From the NCBI GenBank assembly GCA_963730815.1, contig CAVSTD010000011.1:41168-105167 (forward strand): a DNA stretch of 64,000 bases, written 5' to 3'. This DNA comes from an uncultured Thermoplasmata archaeon (GTDB lineage Archaea > Thermoplasmatota > Thermoplasmata > Lutacidiplasmatales > UBA184). The notes under the pieces were generated by a model. The model was not told where the DNA came from, searched no databases, and saw only the letters and a program-made list of their open reading frames with translations. Of this stretch, positions 38,163 to 47,337 are shown one piece after another (within the stretch, counting starts at the first letter, position 1; every line of letters begins with the position of its first letter). The translations under genes and the position numbers were made by a program.

Positions 38163-39541
38163 GCCGTCCTCCCGACGGCCCCGATCGCTGCGCGCGCCGC
38201 TTTGACGTACTTCTGAATGTCCTTCTCGCTCGTCGTTTCACCGAGTCCCACGAGGATCCGTTCGGGGCCGCGAGTCGACGCCGGCCGGGGGTCCGAGAGA
38301 GGGTGACCGCCGAGGATCTTGCGGCGACGCAACCGATCGAGGAACTCCTCGGCCGTGCCCCGGCCCACTTCGACCGTGAAATCCCCGAGATACGGAGCAT
38401 CGAACCGAGGGGCCTTGAGACCCTCGATCGCACCGAGGCCGCTCGCGAGCGTTCTCGCTTTTTCGGCGAGCGAGGCCTGAAGCCGGGCGAGACCTCGGGG
38501 TCCGACGACCGTGGCGTACACCACGAACGCGAGGGCCATGAGCGATTCGTTGGTGCAAATGTTCGAGGTAGCCCGCGATCGCCGGATGTGCTGCTCGCGA
38601 GTCACCAGAGTGAGAGCGTACGCGCGCCGCCCTTCCGTGTCGAAGGTGGCGCCGACGATCCGTCCGGGGGCCGAGCGCACGTGCTCCTTGCGGCAAGCGA
38701 ACAGTCCGAGGAGAGGTCCTCCGAAGGAGGGAGCGATGCCGAATCCCTGGCCCTCCCCGACCACGACGTCCGCCCCGTAGTTCCCGGGAGCCTCGAGAAC
38801 CGACAGGGAGAGTGGGTCGGCCGCGATCACGAGCGGCACGTCACCGAGGATCGACTTGAGCTCGGATACGCCTTCGTCCACGTGCCCGAAGCCGTTCGGG
38901 ACATCGGCGAGCACTCCGAAGACGTCCTTCTTGGCGACCGCGCTCCGGACGAACTCAAGGTCCAGGCGGCCGGTCCGGTCGTCGTACGGGATCTCCTCGA
39001 CCCGGAGACCCGGTCCGCTCGCGTAATTCTCGAGGACGCTGCGCTCTTCCCACGGTAGGCTCGCCGGCACAAGGAAGCGCGTGCCCTCGTGCAGCCTTCG
39101 GCAGAAAAGGAGCGCCTCTCCTCCCGCGGTCGCCCCGTCGTAGAGCGACGCGTTCGCGACATCGAGCCCGGTCATTTCGACCCATAGGCTCTGGAATTCG
39201 AACAGCGTGCGAAGCATCCCCTGACTGGCTTCGGCTTGGTACGGCGTGTACGCGGTGTAGAACTCGCTGCGCGAGACGATCGAGTCGACCGCCGCGGGCG
39301 AGTACCGAGACGTGAGCCGTCCCCCCATGAAACTTGAGAAGTTTGACAGCGGCCGGTTCCGGCCCAGAAGTCGGTCCACTTCGGCGACTACGTCCGGCTC
39401 TTCGCGAGCGGCGCCCACGCCCATCCGGCCGATTCGAGCCCGTTTGGGTACGTCGGTGAACAGCGCATCCGTGGAGCTGATGCCGAGTCCCTCGAGCAGC
39501 GCGGCCTCTTCACCCGATTCGTCCGGAATCCAACGTGCCAC
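38159..39541 (-). CDS. gcvPA: Glycine dehydrogenase (decarboxylating) subunit 1
   Basis: 'FMGGRLTSRYSPAAVDSIVSRSEFYTAYTPYQAEASQGMLRTLFEFQ'; ATGA overlap with gcvPB; GTG start. Confidence 0.85.
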   Translation of the reverse strand: MARWIPDESGEEAALLEGLGISSTDALFTDVPKRARIGRMGVGAAREEPDVVAEVDRLLGRNRPLSNFSSFMGGRLTSRYSPAAVDSIVSRSEFYTAYTPYQAEASQGMLRTLFEFQSLWVEMTGLDVANASLYDGATAGGEALLFCRRLHEGTRFLVPASLPWEERSVLENYASGPGLRVEEIPYDDRTGRLDLEFVRSAVAKKDVFGVLADVPNGFGHVDEGVSELKSILGDVPLVIAADPLSLSVLEAPGNYGADVVVGEGQGFGIAPSFGGPLLGLFACRKEHVRSAPGRIVGATFDTEGRRAYALTLVTREQHIRRSRATSNICTNESLMALAFVVYATVVGPRGLARLQASLAEKARTLASGLGAIEGLKAPRFDAPYLGDFTVEVGRGTAEEFLDRLRRRKILGGHPLSDPRPASTRGPERILVGLGETTSEKDIQKYVKAARAAIGAVGRTA

Positions 39542-39575
39542 GCAGGCTCACCGGGCGCGTGAGAGTGGTGGTAGC

Positions 39576-39583
39576 CATAAATC
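39576..39583 (-). promoter_or_regulatory. TATA-like element upstream of the gcvPA operon
   Basis: minus-strand 'ATTTATGG' ~35 nt upstream of the gcvPA GTG. Confidence 0.3.
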
Positions 39584-39686
39584 GCTTCGCTCTCGCGCGC
39601 TCGCGCCGGCGATGGTCCGGGCCGAGCCCGACCGGGTTCGAGAAGGGCAAAGGTATTCGGGGTCGCCGTCTCCCGGCGACCGAGAC

Positions 39687-40799
39687 ATGACGCAGGTACA
39701 CGTTCGCCCCGGAAGGCACCGCAGGGTGCCGGTCACTCCGCCTCCGTCGGTGGCCATCCTCGACGTGGCCTTTCATCGGGCGTCCCTCGCCACCCCGCGG
39801 GGGGACACCAAGGCCGCTCGGGATCGGCTGCGAGCCGAGCTCAAGATCGTTCGAAGCGCCGCCACGGTGGTCCGGCATCTTCGGCTCGAGACCCGGCGTT
39901 TCGTGAAGAGCCCCCCGACTCCGTTCGAAGCGACTCTCGTGTCGCAGGCGTTCGGGTCGGGCACCCTCGAGCGATCCCTCACCCGGGTGCGTCGGGCGGA
40001 AGAACGGATTCGGGGGCTGTCCCAGGCGGCCGAGCGAGCCACGAAGGCCGCATCGGGCTCCGAAGAGCTCGGCGACCAGATCCGGGCCTTCTACGGCCGG
40101 CTGTCGAGCTTCGTACGGGAGGTCGATGCGGACATCGAGCGCCTCCGAGAGATCGGCCGGTTCCTCGAGGACCGGCCGCACCTCGACCCCGCGGCCCCGA
40201 CCCTCGTCGTCGCGGGTTTTCCCAACGTCGGAAAATCGTCGCTCGTCGCCCGCCTTTCTTCGGCCCACCCGAAGGTCGCGGACTATCCGTTCACGACCCT
40301 CTCGATCGCCGTGGGCCACGCCGACCTCGGCTTCGACCGGCTTCAGGTCCTCGATACTCCGGGCGTTCTCGGACGACCGGGTCGGTCCAATCCCGCCGAA
40401 TCGGAGGCGCGGTCTGCCGTGCGGGGCGCTGCGACGGTGGTCCTCTTCGTCATCGACCCTTCGGGGAAATCGGGGTATACCGTCGAAGAGCAGGAACAGC
40501 TGCTTGCGCGCTGGAAGGACGAGTTCCCGAACCTCCCGATCATCCCGGTCGAGACCAAATGCGACCTCGTTCGTCGCCCGACCGACCGGCTTCAAGTATC
40601 GGCGACCACGGGCGAGGGGCTGTCGACCTTGGAGTCCATGGTGCGCACGCTGGTTCGACCGCGAGGAGAGCTCCCTCCGATGGAGGAGTCCCTCTCCGAA
40701 GAAATCACCGAAATACCCGAGGTCGAAGAGCGGCCGGCACGCCGAGCCACCGCCCATCGAGGCCGGACGGGACGCACGTCCTCCTCTGCGGCTCCATGA
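39687..40799 (+). CDS. Nog1-family (OBG-HflX-like) GTP-binding protein
   Basis: G1 'VAGFPNVGKSSLV', G3 'VLDTPG', G4 'TKCD'; N-terminal helical Nog1-like domain. The 39312 ORF start was rejected because it overlaps gcvPA and is low-complexity. Confidence 0.7.
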   Translation: MTQVHVRPGRHRRVPVTPPPSVAILDVAFHRASLATPRGDTKAARDRLRAELKIVRSAATVVRHLRLETRRFVKSPPTPFEATLVSQAFGSGTLERSLTRVRRAEERIRGLSQAAERATKAASGSEELGDQIRAFYGRLSSFVREVDADIERLREIGRFLEDRPHLDPAAPTLVVAGFPNVGKSSLVARLSSAHPKVADYPFTTLSIAVGHADLGFDRLQVLDTPGVLGRPGRSNPAESEARSAVRGAATVVLFVIDPSGKSGYTVEEQEQLLARWKDEFPNLPIIPVETKCDLVRRPTDRLQVSATTGEGLSTLESMVRTLVRPRGELPPMEESLSEEITEIPEVEERPARRATAHRGRTGRTSSSAAP

Positions 40800-41131
40800 C
40801 GTGGAAGGCGACGGGAATTTCCGTCGAAACCCTCAAGCCCGGCGCGATGCGCGAGGTCATGATCGATACGACCGATGTGGTCATCGCGCGAGTCGGGCCT
40901 CTGATCTTCTCGGTGGACGCGGTCTGCCCGCACCTCGGAGGCTTGCTGGCCGACGGGTCGCTCGCCGGCCGTCGGTTGACCTGCCCGGTCCACGGGGCGG
41001 TGTTCGACGTGGGCACAGGATCGGTCGTGGCGGACCCGTTCGGTGTGGAACCTCCCGAGGGAGGAGTGACGCCGGTCCCGAGTTATCCGGTGCGCGTTGT
41101 GGCCGGCATGGTCGAGGTCGACCTGCCGTAA
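40796..41131 (+). CDS. Small Rieske [2Fe-2S] domain protein
   Basis: 'CPHLGG' ... 'CPVHGAVF' (CxH...CxxH boxes); ATG overlaps the GTPase stop (ATGA). Confidence 0.65.
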   Translation: MTWKATGISVETLKPGAMREVMIDTTDVVIARVGPLIFSVDAVCPHLGGLLADGSLAGRRLTCPVHGAVFDVGTGSVVADPFGVEPPEGGVTPVPSYPVRVVAGMVEVDLP

Positions 41132-41144
41132 CGAACGGGCAAAT

Positions 41145-42377
41145 TCAGACCGCGAAAGCCTTCCCGTTCTCGGGCAGGATGACCTGGCACGTGGGCTCGA
41201 GGGCATCCCGAAGCGCCTCGCGCTGGTCCCCGTGCATCAGAACGACCGTTTCGGCCCGCGATTCCTTCGCCACGCGGACGAGGTCGGAGTGCCCGGCGTG
41301 GGCCGAGAAGTCGAACTTCATGACCTCGCAGGTCGGGTGGATCACGGTATCGTCGATCGTGAGGGTTCCCTCGTCCAGGAGTTGGCGCCCGTTCGAGCCT
41401 TCGACCTGGTAGCCGGTGAGTAGGATCGAGCTGTTGGCGTCCTTGTACAGTTCTCCGATGTAGTAGAGGACCGGACCTCCGTCGAGCATCCCGCCCGTCG
41501 TGACGATCACCTCGGCCTCGCGGAGCGCCTTTCTGCGGTCCCCCGGGTGCTCGACCACGTGAACTCCCTCGAGGGCCCTGCGGAATCGCCGGGCGTCCGC
41601 CAGGTACTCGGGCGCGGCCTCGTAGATCTCGTTCACTTTCCGCGCCATCCCGTCAAGGTAGGTTTCGAACCCGGCGGAGGCGAGCGACATGAGAACTTCC
41701 TGGGCCCGACCGACCGCGAACGCGGGCACGATCGCCTTTCCGCCCCGCTGGATCGTCTCGTCGACCTTGTCGCGGAAGCGGCGCTCGGTCTCCCGACGAT
41801 CCGGATGTTCTCGACCCGAGTAGGTCGACTCCATCACGAGGACGTCGCACTCGAGCGGTTCGGCGCCTCCTACAAGGTGCGTCGGGATCGTTTGGAGGTC
41901 CCCCGTGAAGAGGACATCCTTCTCCCCGCGATAGAGAATCATCGAAGCTCCGGGGATGTGCCCGGCGGGAGTGAACTCGACCTCGATCCCTCGATGTCGG
42001 AACACCCCGTGGCGTTCGACCGCGGTGAACCGGGCGTGCAGCGCGTGAATGTCGGAGGGGGTGTACGGAGCGAGGTACCCTTCGATCCGGGCGATCTTGA
42101 GCGTGTCGTTCGTGAGGAGGTCGGCCACCGCGATGGTGACGGGCGTCGCGATCAATCGGGCTTTCGGGAGCCGGCTCAGCAACGGGGTCATCCCCGAGTG
42201 GTCGAGGTGGGCGTGGGAGAGGAAGGCGAGGTCGACGTTGGTGGGCGCGGGCCGCGGGTAGGTCGGTGGGTCGGTGGGCGTCAGGCCGTAATCGAAGAGC
42301 ATCGTTCGGCCCTGGTCGCGGACGACCAGGCCGAGCGAACCAACTTCGGAGGCACCGCCGAGGAATTGAAAGTCCAT
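41145..42377 (-). CDS. Beta-CASP family MBL-fold RNase (aCPSF-like RNA-processing hydrolase)
   Basis: 'MDFQFLGGASEVGSLG', 'HAHLDHSG' (HxHxDH), 'GHIPGASM', beta-CASP motifs A-C and 'MHGD'. Confidence 0.75.
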   Translation of the reverse strand: MDFQFLGGASEVGSLGLVVRDQGRTMLFDYGLTPTDPPTYPRPAPTNVDLAFLSHAHLDHSGMTPLLSRLPKARLIATPVTIAVADLLTNDTLKIARIEGYLAPYTPSDIHALHARFTAVERHGVFRHRGIEVEFTPAGHIPGASMILYRGEKDVLFTGDLQTIPTHLVGGAEPLECDVLVMESTYSGREHPDRRETERRFRDKVDETIQRGGKAIVPAFAVGRAQEVLMSLASAGFETYLDGMARKVNEIYEAAPEYLADARRFRRALEGVHVVEHPGDRRKALREAEVIVTTGGMLDGGPVLYYIGELYKDANSSILLTGYQVEGSNGRQLLDEGTLTIDDTVIHPTCEVMKFDFSAHAGHSDLVRVAKESRAETVVLMHGDQREALRDALEPTCQVILPENGKAFAV

Positions 42378-42463
42378 CGGCGGGCCGAGCGGTCCTCCCA
42401 CTTAACGTACGGTGCGCCTTCCGGGAGAGAAGGCATCTTTAACGACGCTTTGGTGCGGGGGGC

Positions 42464-43276
42464 GTGACCGGACCGGCCCGGGCCGAGCTCGAAGTTCTCT
42501 ACCGGATCAGCGTCGCGGTCCAGCAGGTCGTTCGGGACGCGGAGGGGTCTCCCCATCGGGCCGACGTGGTCGCGATGGGGGCGGACGGCTCTCCGACCGA
42601 GGAGCTCGACCGACTCGCGGAGACGGAGATTCTCAAGGTCCTCGATGCCGAGGGTGTGGACTGGAACCTGATCTCGGAAGAGATCGGTCACGTGGCCCGA
42701 GGCGGTCAAAGCACGCTCGTGGTCGACCCGATCGACGGGACCGCGAACGCCCTCCGCAACTTGCCGTTCTCCACAGTCTCTCTGGCGCTCGGACGTCGCG
42801 ACCTCGCCGGCATCGAGATCGGGCTCGTCCGAGACCTGCATCGCGGAACCACTTATTGGGGGGTCCGGGGCCAGGGAGCGTTCCGCGACGGACGACCGAT
42901 CCGGACTCGGACCTGGAACTCCCGCAGCGAGATCTTCTTCGTAAACCTCGGCCGGCCGGCGACCGAGCGCGCGACCCGGCTCGCCGGGAAATCACGGCGG
43001 ATCCGCTCGCTCGGGTGCGCGTCGCTCGAGCTGCTGCTGGTCGCCCAGGGGAGCGCGGACGCCTACTTCTTCGAAAATAACCCCGAAACCCGCAATCTAA
43101 GGGCCACGGACGTGGCCGCCGCCTACCGGATCCTGCTCGAGGCGGGGGGCGGCATGAGCGACGCGAAAGGTGGGCCGATCGATTCGTTCCCGCTCGGAGT
43201 GGAACGCCGGACCAGCGTGTTTGCCTGGGGCGACCCGAAGCTGCGCGAGCGGGCCTCGGAGGAGGGATACCTGTGA
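42464..43276 (+). CDS. Inositol monophosphatase / fructose-1,6-bisphosphatase family protein
   Basis: 'LVVDPIDGTANALRNLPFSTVSLAL' and 'GCASLELLLVAQGSADAYF' IMPase signatures. Confidence 0.8.
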   Translation: MTGPARAELEVLYRISVAVQQVVRDAEGSPHRADVVAMGADGSPTEELDRLAETEILKVLDAEGVDWNLISEEIGHVARGGQSTLVVDPIDGTANALRNLPFSTVSLALGRRDLAGIEIGLVRDLHRGTTYWGVRGQGAFRDGRPIRTRTWNSRSEIFFVNLGRPATERATRLAGKSRRIRSLGCASLELLLVAQGSADAYFFENNPETRNLRATDVAAAYRILLEAGGGMSDAKGGPIDSFPLGVERRTSVFAWGDPKLRERASEEGYL

Positions 43277-44150
43277 AGATCGGGTTGGTGGCGAACCCGC
43301 GCAAACCCGCGGCGATCGAGCTCGCCCGGCGCGCCGTCGTCCTCATCGGCGACCGGGCCGAGGTCGTCGTGAGCGACGAATCCGCGGGAGTCGCTCCCGA
43401 GCTCGTGCACCGGCCTCTCGAGGACCTCGACCCGGACGTTCTCATCGCCATCGGGGGAGATGGGACCTTCCTGTACGCCCTGCGCCGCTCGGACGCCCCG
43501 TTGCTGCCGATCAACGCCGGCACGGTGGGAGTGCTCGCAGAAGTCGAAGCGCACCGGCCGAACGAGTTCGAGGGCGCCATCGAGCGGTTGCTGAAGGGAT
43601 TCTACTTCCTCGAGGAACGGATGAAACTGGCCGCGCTCGTCGGCACGACCCCCGTTCCGGATACGACCAACGATTTCGTCCTCCACTCGGCGCAGGTCGG
43701 GAAGATGGGGCTCTTTGAGATCGCGTTCGACGGCCACGTCGCGGGCAGATCCGCGCCGACGGACTCATTGTCGCGACCCCGACCGGTTCGACCGCTTACT
43801 CCCTCAGCTCGCTCGGGCCGATCGTGGACCCGGGCCTCGACGCCATCGTGCTGACGTCCATCGCCCCGTTCCGGGTCGAGGCGCGCGCGGTCGTCCTCGA
43901 GCCGCTGCGGACCGTCCGACTCCGCCCTATCGAGGCGGGTCGAGGGGCCGTCGTGATCGCCGATGGTCAGGACGAGTACCCGCTCCCGACCGACTCGGCG
44001 CTCACGGTCTATCGTTCGCCCCGGCGTGCGACCTTGGTACGATTCGGCTCCCGGTTCTTCCAGCGCCTGCGCGGCAAGCGAATCCTGCCGTGGACCGAAA
44101 ATGGGTCCGAGGGAGGGACCTCGGGTGCCGATCTTCCGCCCCGCGCGTAA
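43273..44150 (+). pseudogene. nadK: NAD kinase, single-nucleotide frameshift at a G-run (~43738-43748), probable sequencing error
   Basis: 'LIAIGGDGTFLYAL' (GGDG), 'NDFVL'; after '...EIAFDGHVAG' the reading continues in the +2 frame as 'QIRADGLIVATPTGSTAYSLSSLGPIV...VLTSIAPF'; GTGA overlap with the upstream IMPase gene. Confidence 0.8.
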
Positions 44151-44658
44151 GCGACCGCCCGGGTCGGCTCGCCTCGGCGACACCCCCCGGTCGATCACGC
44201 GACGGGCCCTTGCGAGCGCTCTCGCGAGCGGTCGGTCGACCTACCCGAACGAGTTCGGGGGCGTGCTGCGCGCCGACCCCCCCGGGGTCATCAGCGAGCT
44301 GCTCCTCCTCCCCGGGACCACCGCGGGGCGCCGGCATGCCAACTTCCAGCTCTACATGCTGCCCGCGGACCTCACGGTCGTCGGAACGGTGCATTCGCAC
44401 CCCTCGGGAGCCCTCCACCCGTCGGACGCGGACGTGCGCCTGTTCCGCAACTGGGGTCGCCGCCACATCATCCTGGGCGCCCCGTTCGGACCGGGCTCTT
44501 GGCGCGCCTACGACAGCAACGGAGAGGAGACCCGGCTCGAGGTGCTCGAAACTCCGGGAACCCTCCGCCCCACGGACACCCTGCCGGAATACCGACCCCG
44601 GTCCCTTCACCGGCCGGAAGCGGTCGACGCCGCAGCCTTTCCCGACGACGAGGCGTAG
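44101..44658 (+). CDS. JAB/MPN (JAMM) domain metalloprotease
   Basis: 'ELLLLPG...VVGTVHSHPSGALHPSDADVRLF' (E...HxHx7Sx2D JAMM motif); start uncertain (ATG 44101 overlaps the nadK end; a downstream GTG is possible). Confidence 0.65.
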   Translation: MGPREGPRVPIFRPARKRPPGSARLGDTPRSITRRALASALASGRSTYPNEFGGVLRADPPGVISELLLLPGTTAGRRHANFQLYMLPADLTVVGTVHSHPSGALHPSDADVRLFRNWGRRHIILGAPFGPGSWRAYDSNGEETRLEVLETPGTLRPTDTLPEYRPRSLHRPEAVDAAAFPDDEA

Positions 44659-44668
44659 GACGGGGGTT

Positions 44669-46300
44669 TCACTCTCGCACGGGGATCGTAGGAACCGGCA
44701 GGCGATCGGGCGTCCGGTTCGGGTCGACGATCTCGCGCCCGGGGTGCCCGGGTTGACTCGTGAGCCCGTGCATCTTGGCGAGCATCTCGATGAACTCGAT
44801 GAATCCGCGGAACGCACCCCGGTAGACCTTCGTGTGGTTGCCTTCCCAATCGAAGAAGTCGTTGAGCATCGACCTCGACTGCCGAAGCCCGTGGGTGAGC
44901 GCCCGCTTGAGGAGCTCCTGCTGGAGCGGGCTCAAGCGGTCCTTCCGGAACCAGTCCCGCGACTTCAAGTGGCCGAGCGGGACGAAGAACATCGGCACGA
45001 GGATCGCCTTGAACTCCCAAAGGTCGTCGATCAGGTCGATCGTCCGCTGGACGTCGTCCTCCGTTTCCTGGGGGAGGCCGACGATGAAGGTGCACGCGGG
45101 GAAGACGTGGTTGTCGTTCATGAGACCCGCGGCCTGCACCACGAGCTCGGGCCACTGGGACGCCTTGAACGGAGCGACCTTCCCCGGCATCGCCGCGGTG
45201 ATCATGCGCGGGGAGCCGGTCTCGACGCCGACCTCGACCCCCCACCAGTCCTGCTTCTCATCGATCAGGACTTCCGCGCATTTGGACAGGAGCTTCGGCT
45301 TCGTCATGAGCGAGGCGATCGCGACGTGGCTCCAACCCACTTGGGCGTGGTCCTGCTTGGCGAGCTTGAGGAGGGGCAGCAGCTTCTCCTCGTGCGGCAT
45401 CACGTTCGGGCTTCCGTAGAAGTAGACGTCGTCCGAGTGGAGCAGCCCCTTGCGGACGCCGATCTTCGCGTTGACCTTGAGCTCCTCCTCGATCTTCGAG
45501 AGGGGGTACCACCGAGTCGGTCGCGTCGTGACCGAGCAGAACGAACAGCCGCGGCAACAGCCGCGGCCGATTTCGATGAGGCCGTTCACGCTGGGGAAAC
45601 GGATCGAGGAGATCTGCTCGACCTTCGGAGCCTCTTTCGCCGAGAGCACGACATGGGGGGGGAGGAACTCGTCTCGGAGCGCCTTTCCGACGATTTCCTT
45701 GACGAAAATGTCTGCTTCCCCCTCGACCACGCTGTCGATCCCGCCGAAGGAGTCGACGAATTCCTGGATCCAGGGAAGTTTCAATCGGGTCGCCGGCGAG
45801 AGTTGCCAGGCGCACGGGCCGCCGGCGATGATCTTGAGGCCGCGCTTCCGGGCCTCGACCACGGCCGGCTGGGAAAGCATCCGCTTGAAATTAACACAGT
45901 TGAGCGTCTCCTTCTTCATGACGCCCCCGAAGGTGGAACTGGGCGGGTTGAGTCCGAAGTAATCGTGGCCGGAGACCAGGAGGACCTTGGCCTCCCCCGG
46001 CATGTACTTGTCGAGGTGGCTCGGGTGGACGATCCGCGCGTCAAATCCGGCGTCCATGAGGGACGCCTCGATCTTCCGCATCCCGTACGGGGCTTGGAGC
46101 GGGTAGCCGTTCTCGTCGACCGGCATCTCGGGGAAGAAGAGTCGCTTGTAGACACTCTCGGGCAGGATGTAGGCGGGGGTGGTGGTCCCGAAGCCCAGGA
46201 ACTCCTTCCCGTGATGGTTGCTCATCATCGTCCAGTCGCAGGTGATGACAACTTCCGGCATGTACTGACCTAATCCCAGTCGGTGGGACAGGTCGGCCAC
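44669..46300 (-). CDS. B12-binding domain-containing radical SAM protein (class B rSAM)
   Basis: N-terminal B12-binding-like region 'KVLLVSGHDYFG'; rSAM core 'IEIGRGCCRGCSFCSV' (CxxxCxxC); 543 aa. Confidence 0.75.
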   Translation of the reverse strand: MADLSHRLGLGQYMPEVVITCDWTMMSNHHGKEFLGFGTTTPAYILPESVYKRLFFPEMPVDENGYPLQAPYGMRKIEASLMDAGFDARIVHPSHLDKYMPGEAKVLLVSGHDYFGLNPPSSTFGGVMKKETLNCVNFKRMLSQPAVVEARKRGLKIIAGGPCAWQLSPATRLKLPWIQEFVDSFGGIDSVVEGEADIFVKEIVGKALRDEFLPPHVVLSAKEAPKVEQISSIRFPSVNGLIEIGRGCCRGCSFCSVTTRPTRWYPLSKIEEELKVNAKIGVRKGLLHSDDVYFYGSPNVMPHEEKLLPLLKLAKQDHAQVGWSHVAIASLMTKPKLLSKCAEVLIDEKQDWWGVEVGVETGSPRMITAAMPGKVAPFKASQWPELVVQAAGLMNDNHVFPACTFIVGLPQETEDDVQRTIDLIDDLWEFKAILVPMFFVPLGHLKSRDWFRKDRLSPLQQELLKRALTHGLRQSRSMLNDFFDWEGNHTKVYRGAFRGFIEFIEMLAKMHGLTSQPGHPGREIVDPNRTPDRLPVPTIPVRE

Positions 46301-46384
46301 GAGAAAAGACCTTCTTATGGGTTACGAAGCCCTCGAAGCGACACTCCGCCCCGTTCGGACCCGCGGGAACGGGCCGGGACGGCC

Positions 46385-46645
46385 CTAATCGAAATCGGTC
46401 TCGTCGTCGTCCCGGGGAAGAACTCCGTCCAAGGGGTCGCCCATCTCCTCCGCCGGTTCCTCGGCGTCCCCGGACTCGCGGAACGCCGGGTCTCGTTGAA
46501 GGAGGTGGATCCGCACACAGTCCCGGTGGGCGGGGTTCCCGTTCCAAGAGCTGGTCTCGGCGGGGTCCCCGAGCGGTTCCTTGCAGAGCGAACAGATCTC
46601 GGGGGGCGAAATGATCCAGGCGATCCGGCGGGGAGGGGACTCCAT
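46385..46645 (-). CDS. Candidate small acidic Zn-ribbon protein
   Basis: 86 aa; 'ICSLCKEPLGDPAETSSWNGNPAHRDCV' (CxxC...HxxC) followed by an acidic tail 'EEPAEEMGDPLDGVLPRDDDETDFD'; composition unlike GC-driven spurious ORFs; 85 nt upstream of the rSAM gene on the same strand. Confidence 0.3.
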   Translation of the reverse strand: MESPPRRIAWIISPPEICSLCKEPLGDPAETSSWNGNPAHRDCVRIHLLQRDPAFRESGDAEEPAEEMGDPLDGVLPRDDDETDFD

Positions 46646-46758
46646 CGCGACCGGGGAAAAGATAGACCGCGGAGGTCCTTTACCTTTCGGGACGAACCAA
46701 ATCCCGGAGCGTTCCCCCCCGCCAAAGTGCCTTAACCCGGTCGGGCGCTCCGCCGGAC

Positions 46759-47337
46759 GTGGATACCCTTACCGAGATCCATCGACGTCGGCTCGCGCTC
46801 GGCATCCCGCTCGGTGAACTGGCGCGAGCCATCGGACGGAGCGACGCGACCCTTTCGCGCATCGAGAGGGGCCAGATCCGGCCCTCGTACGAGCTCGTCC
46901 AGCGGATCCTCACCTACCTGGAGACCCAGGAGGGGCTGACCGCACCGCGATTGACGGTGGGGGAGCTGATGCACCGACCGCTCGTTTCCATCGAGTCGAA
47001 CGCCACGCTCGCCACCGCGGCCCAGCGGATGGAAAGCGGGGCGTATTCCCAGCTACCCGTGGTGGACGATGGTCGGGTCGTCGGGTCACTGTCCGAGTCG
47101 GCCCTCCTTCGGGCGCTCGCCCAACCAACCGCCCACCGAGTGCGGGTCCGAGACGTCCTCGAGCGAGCCTATCCCGTGCTCGATGAGGGATTCCCCGGAG
47201 ACCTGCTCCCGCCGCTGTTGGGACGGTATCCGGCGATTCTGGTCTCCCGCCGAGGGGAGCTCCAGGGGATCGTTACCAAGGCGGACCTGATCCGGGGGCT
47301 CCGCGGCGCCTCCCTGAGACGGCCCCAGGTCGCCTAG
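46759..47337 (+). CDS. Transcriptional regulator with XRE-type HTH and CBS-pair domains
   Basis: 'LGELARAIGRSDATLSRIERGQIRPSYELVQRIL' HTH; two CBS motifs 'VGELMHRPLVSIESNATLATAAQRM..YSQLPVVDDGRVVGSLSE' and 'RVRDVLERAYPVL...GIVTKADL'. Confidence 0.7.
   Translation: MDTLTEIHRRRLALGIPLGELARAIGRSDATLSRIERGQIRPSYELVQRILTYLETQEGLTAPRLTVGELMHRPLVSIESNATLATAAQRMESGAYSQLPVVDDGRVVGSLSESALLRALAQPTAHRVRVRDVLERAYPVLDEGFPGDLLPPLLGRYPAILVSRRGELQGIVTKADLIRGLRGASLRRPQVA

Noticed and set aside
39312-39686. Upstream 125 codons of the GTPase ORF starting at 39312
   Set aside because: Overlaps the gcvPA 5' end on the opposite strand and is Ser/Arg/Pro-rich; Nog1 homology begins at the ATG at 39687.
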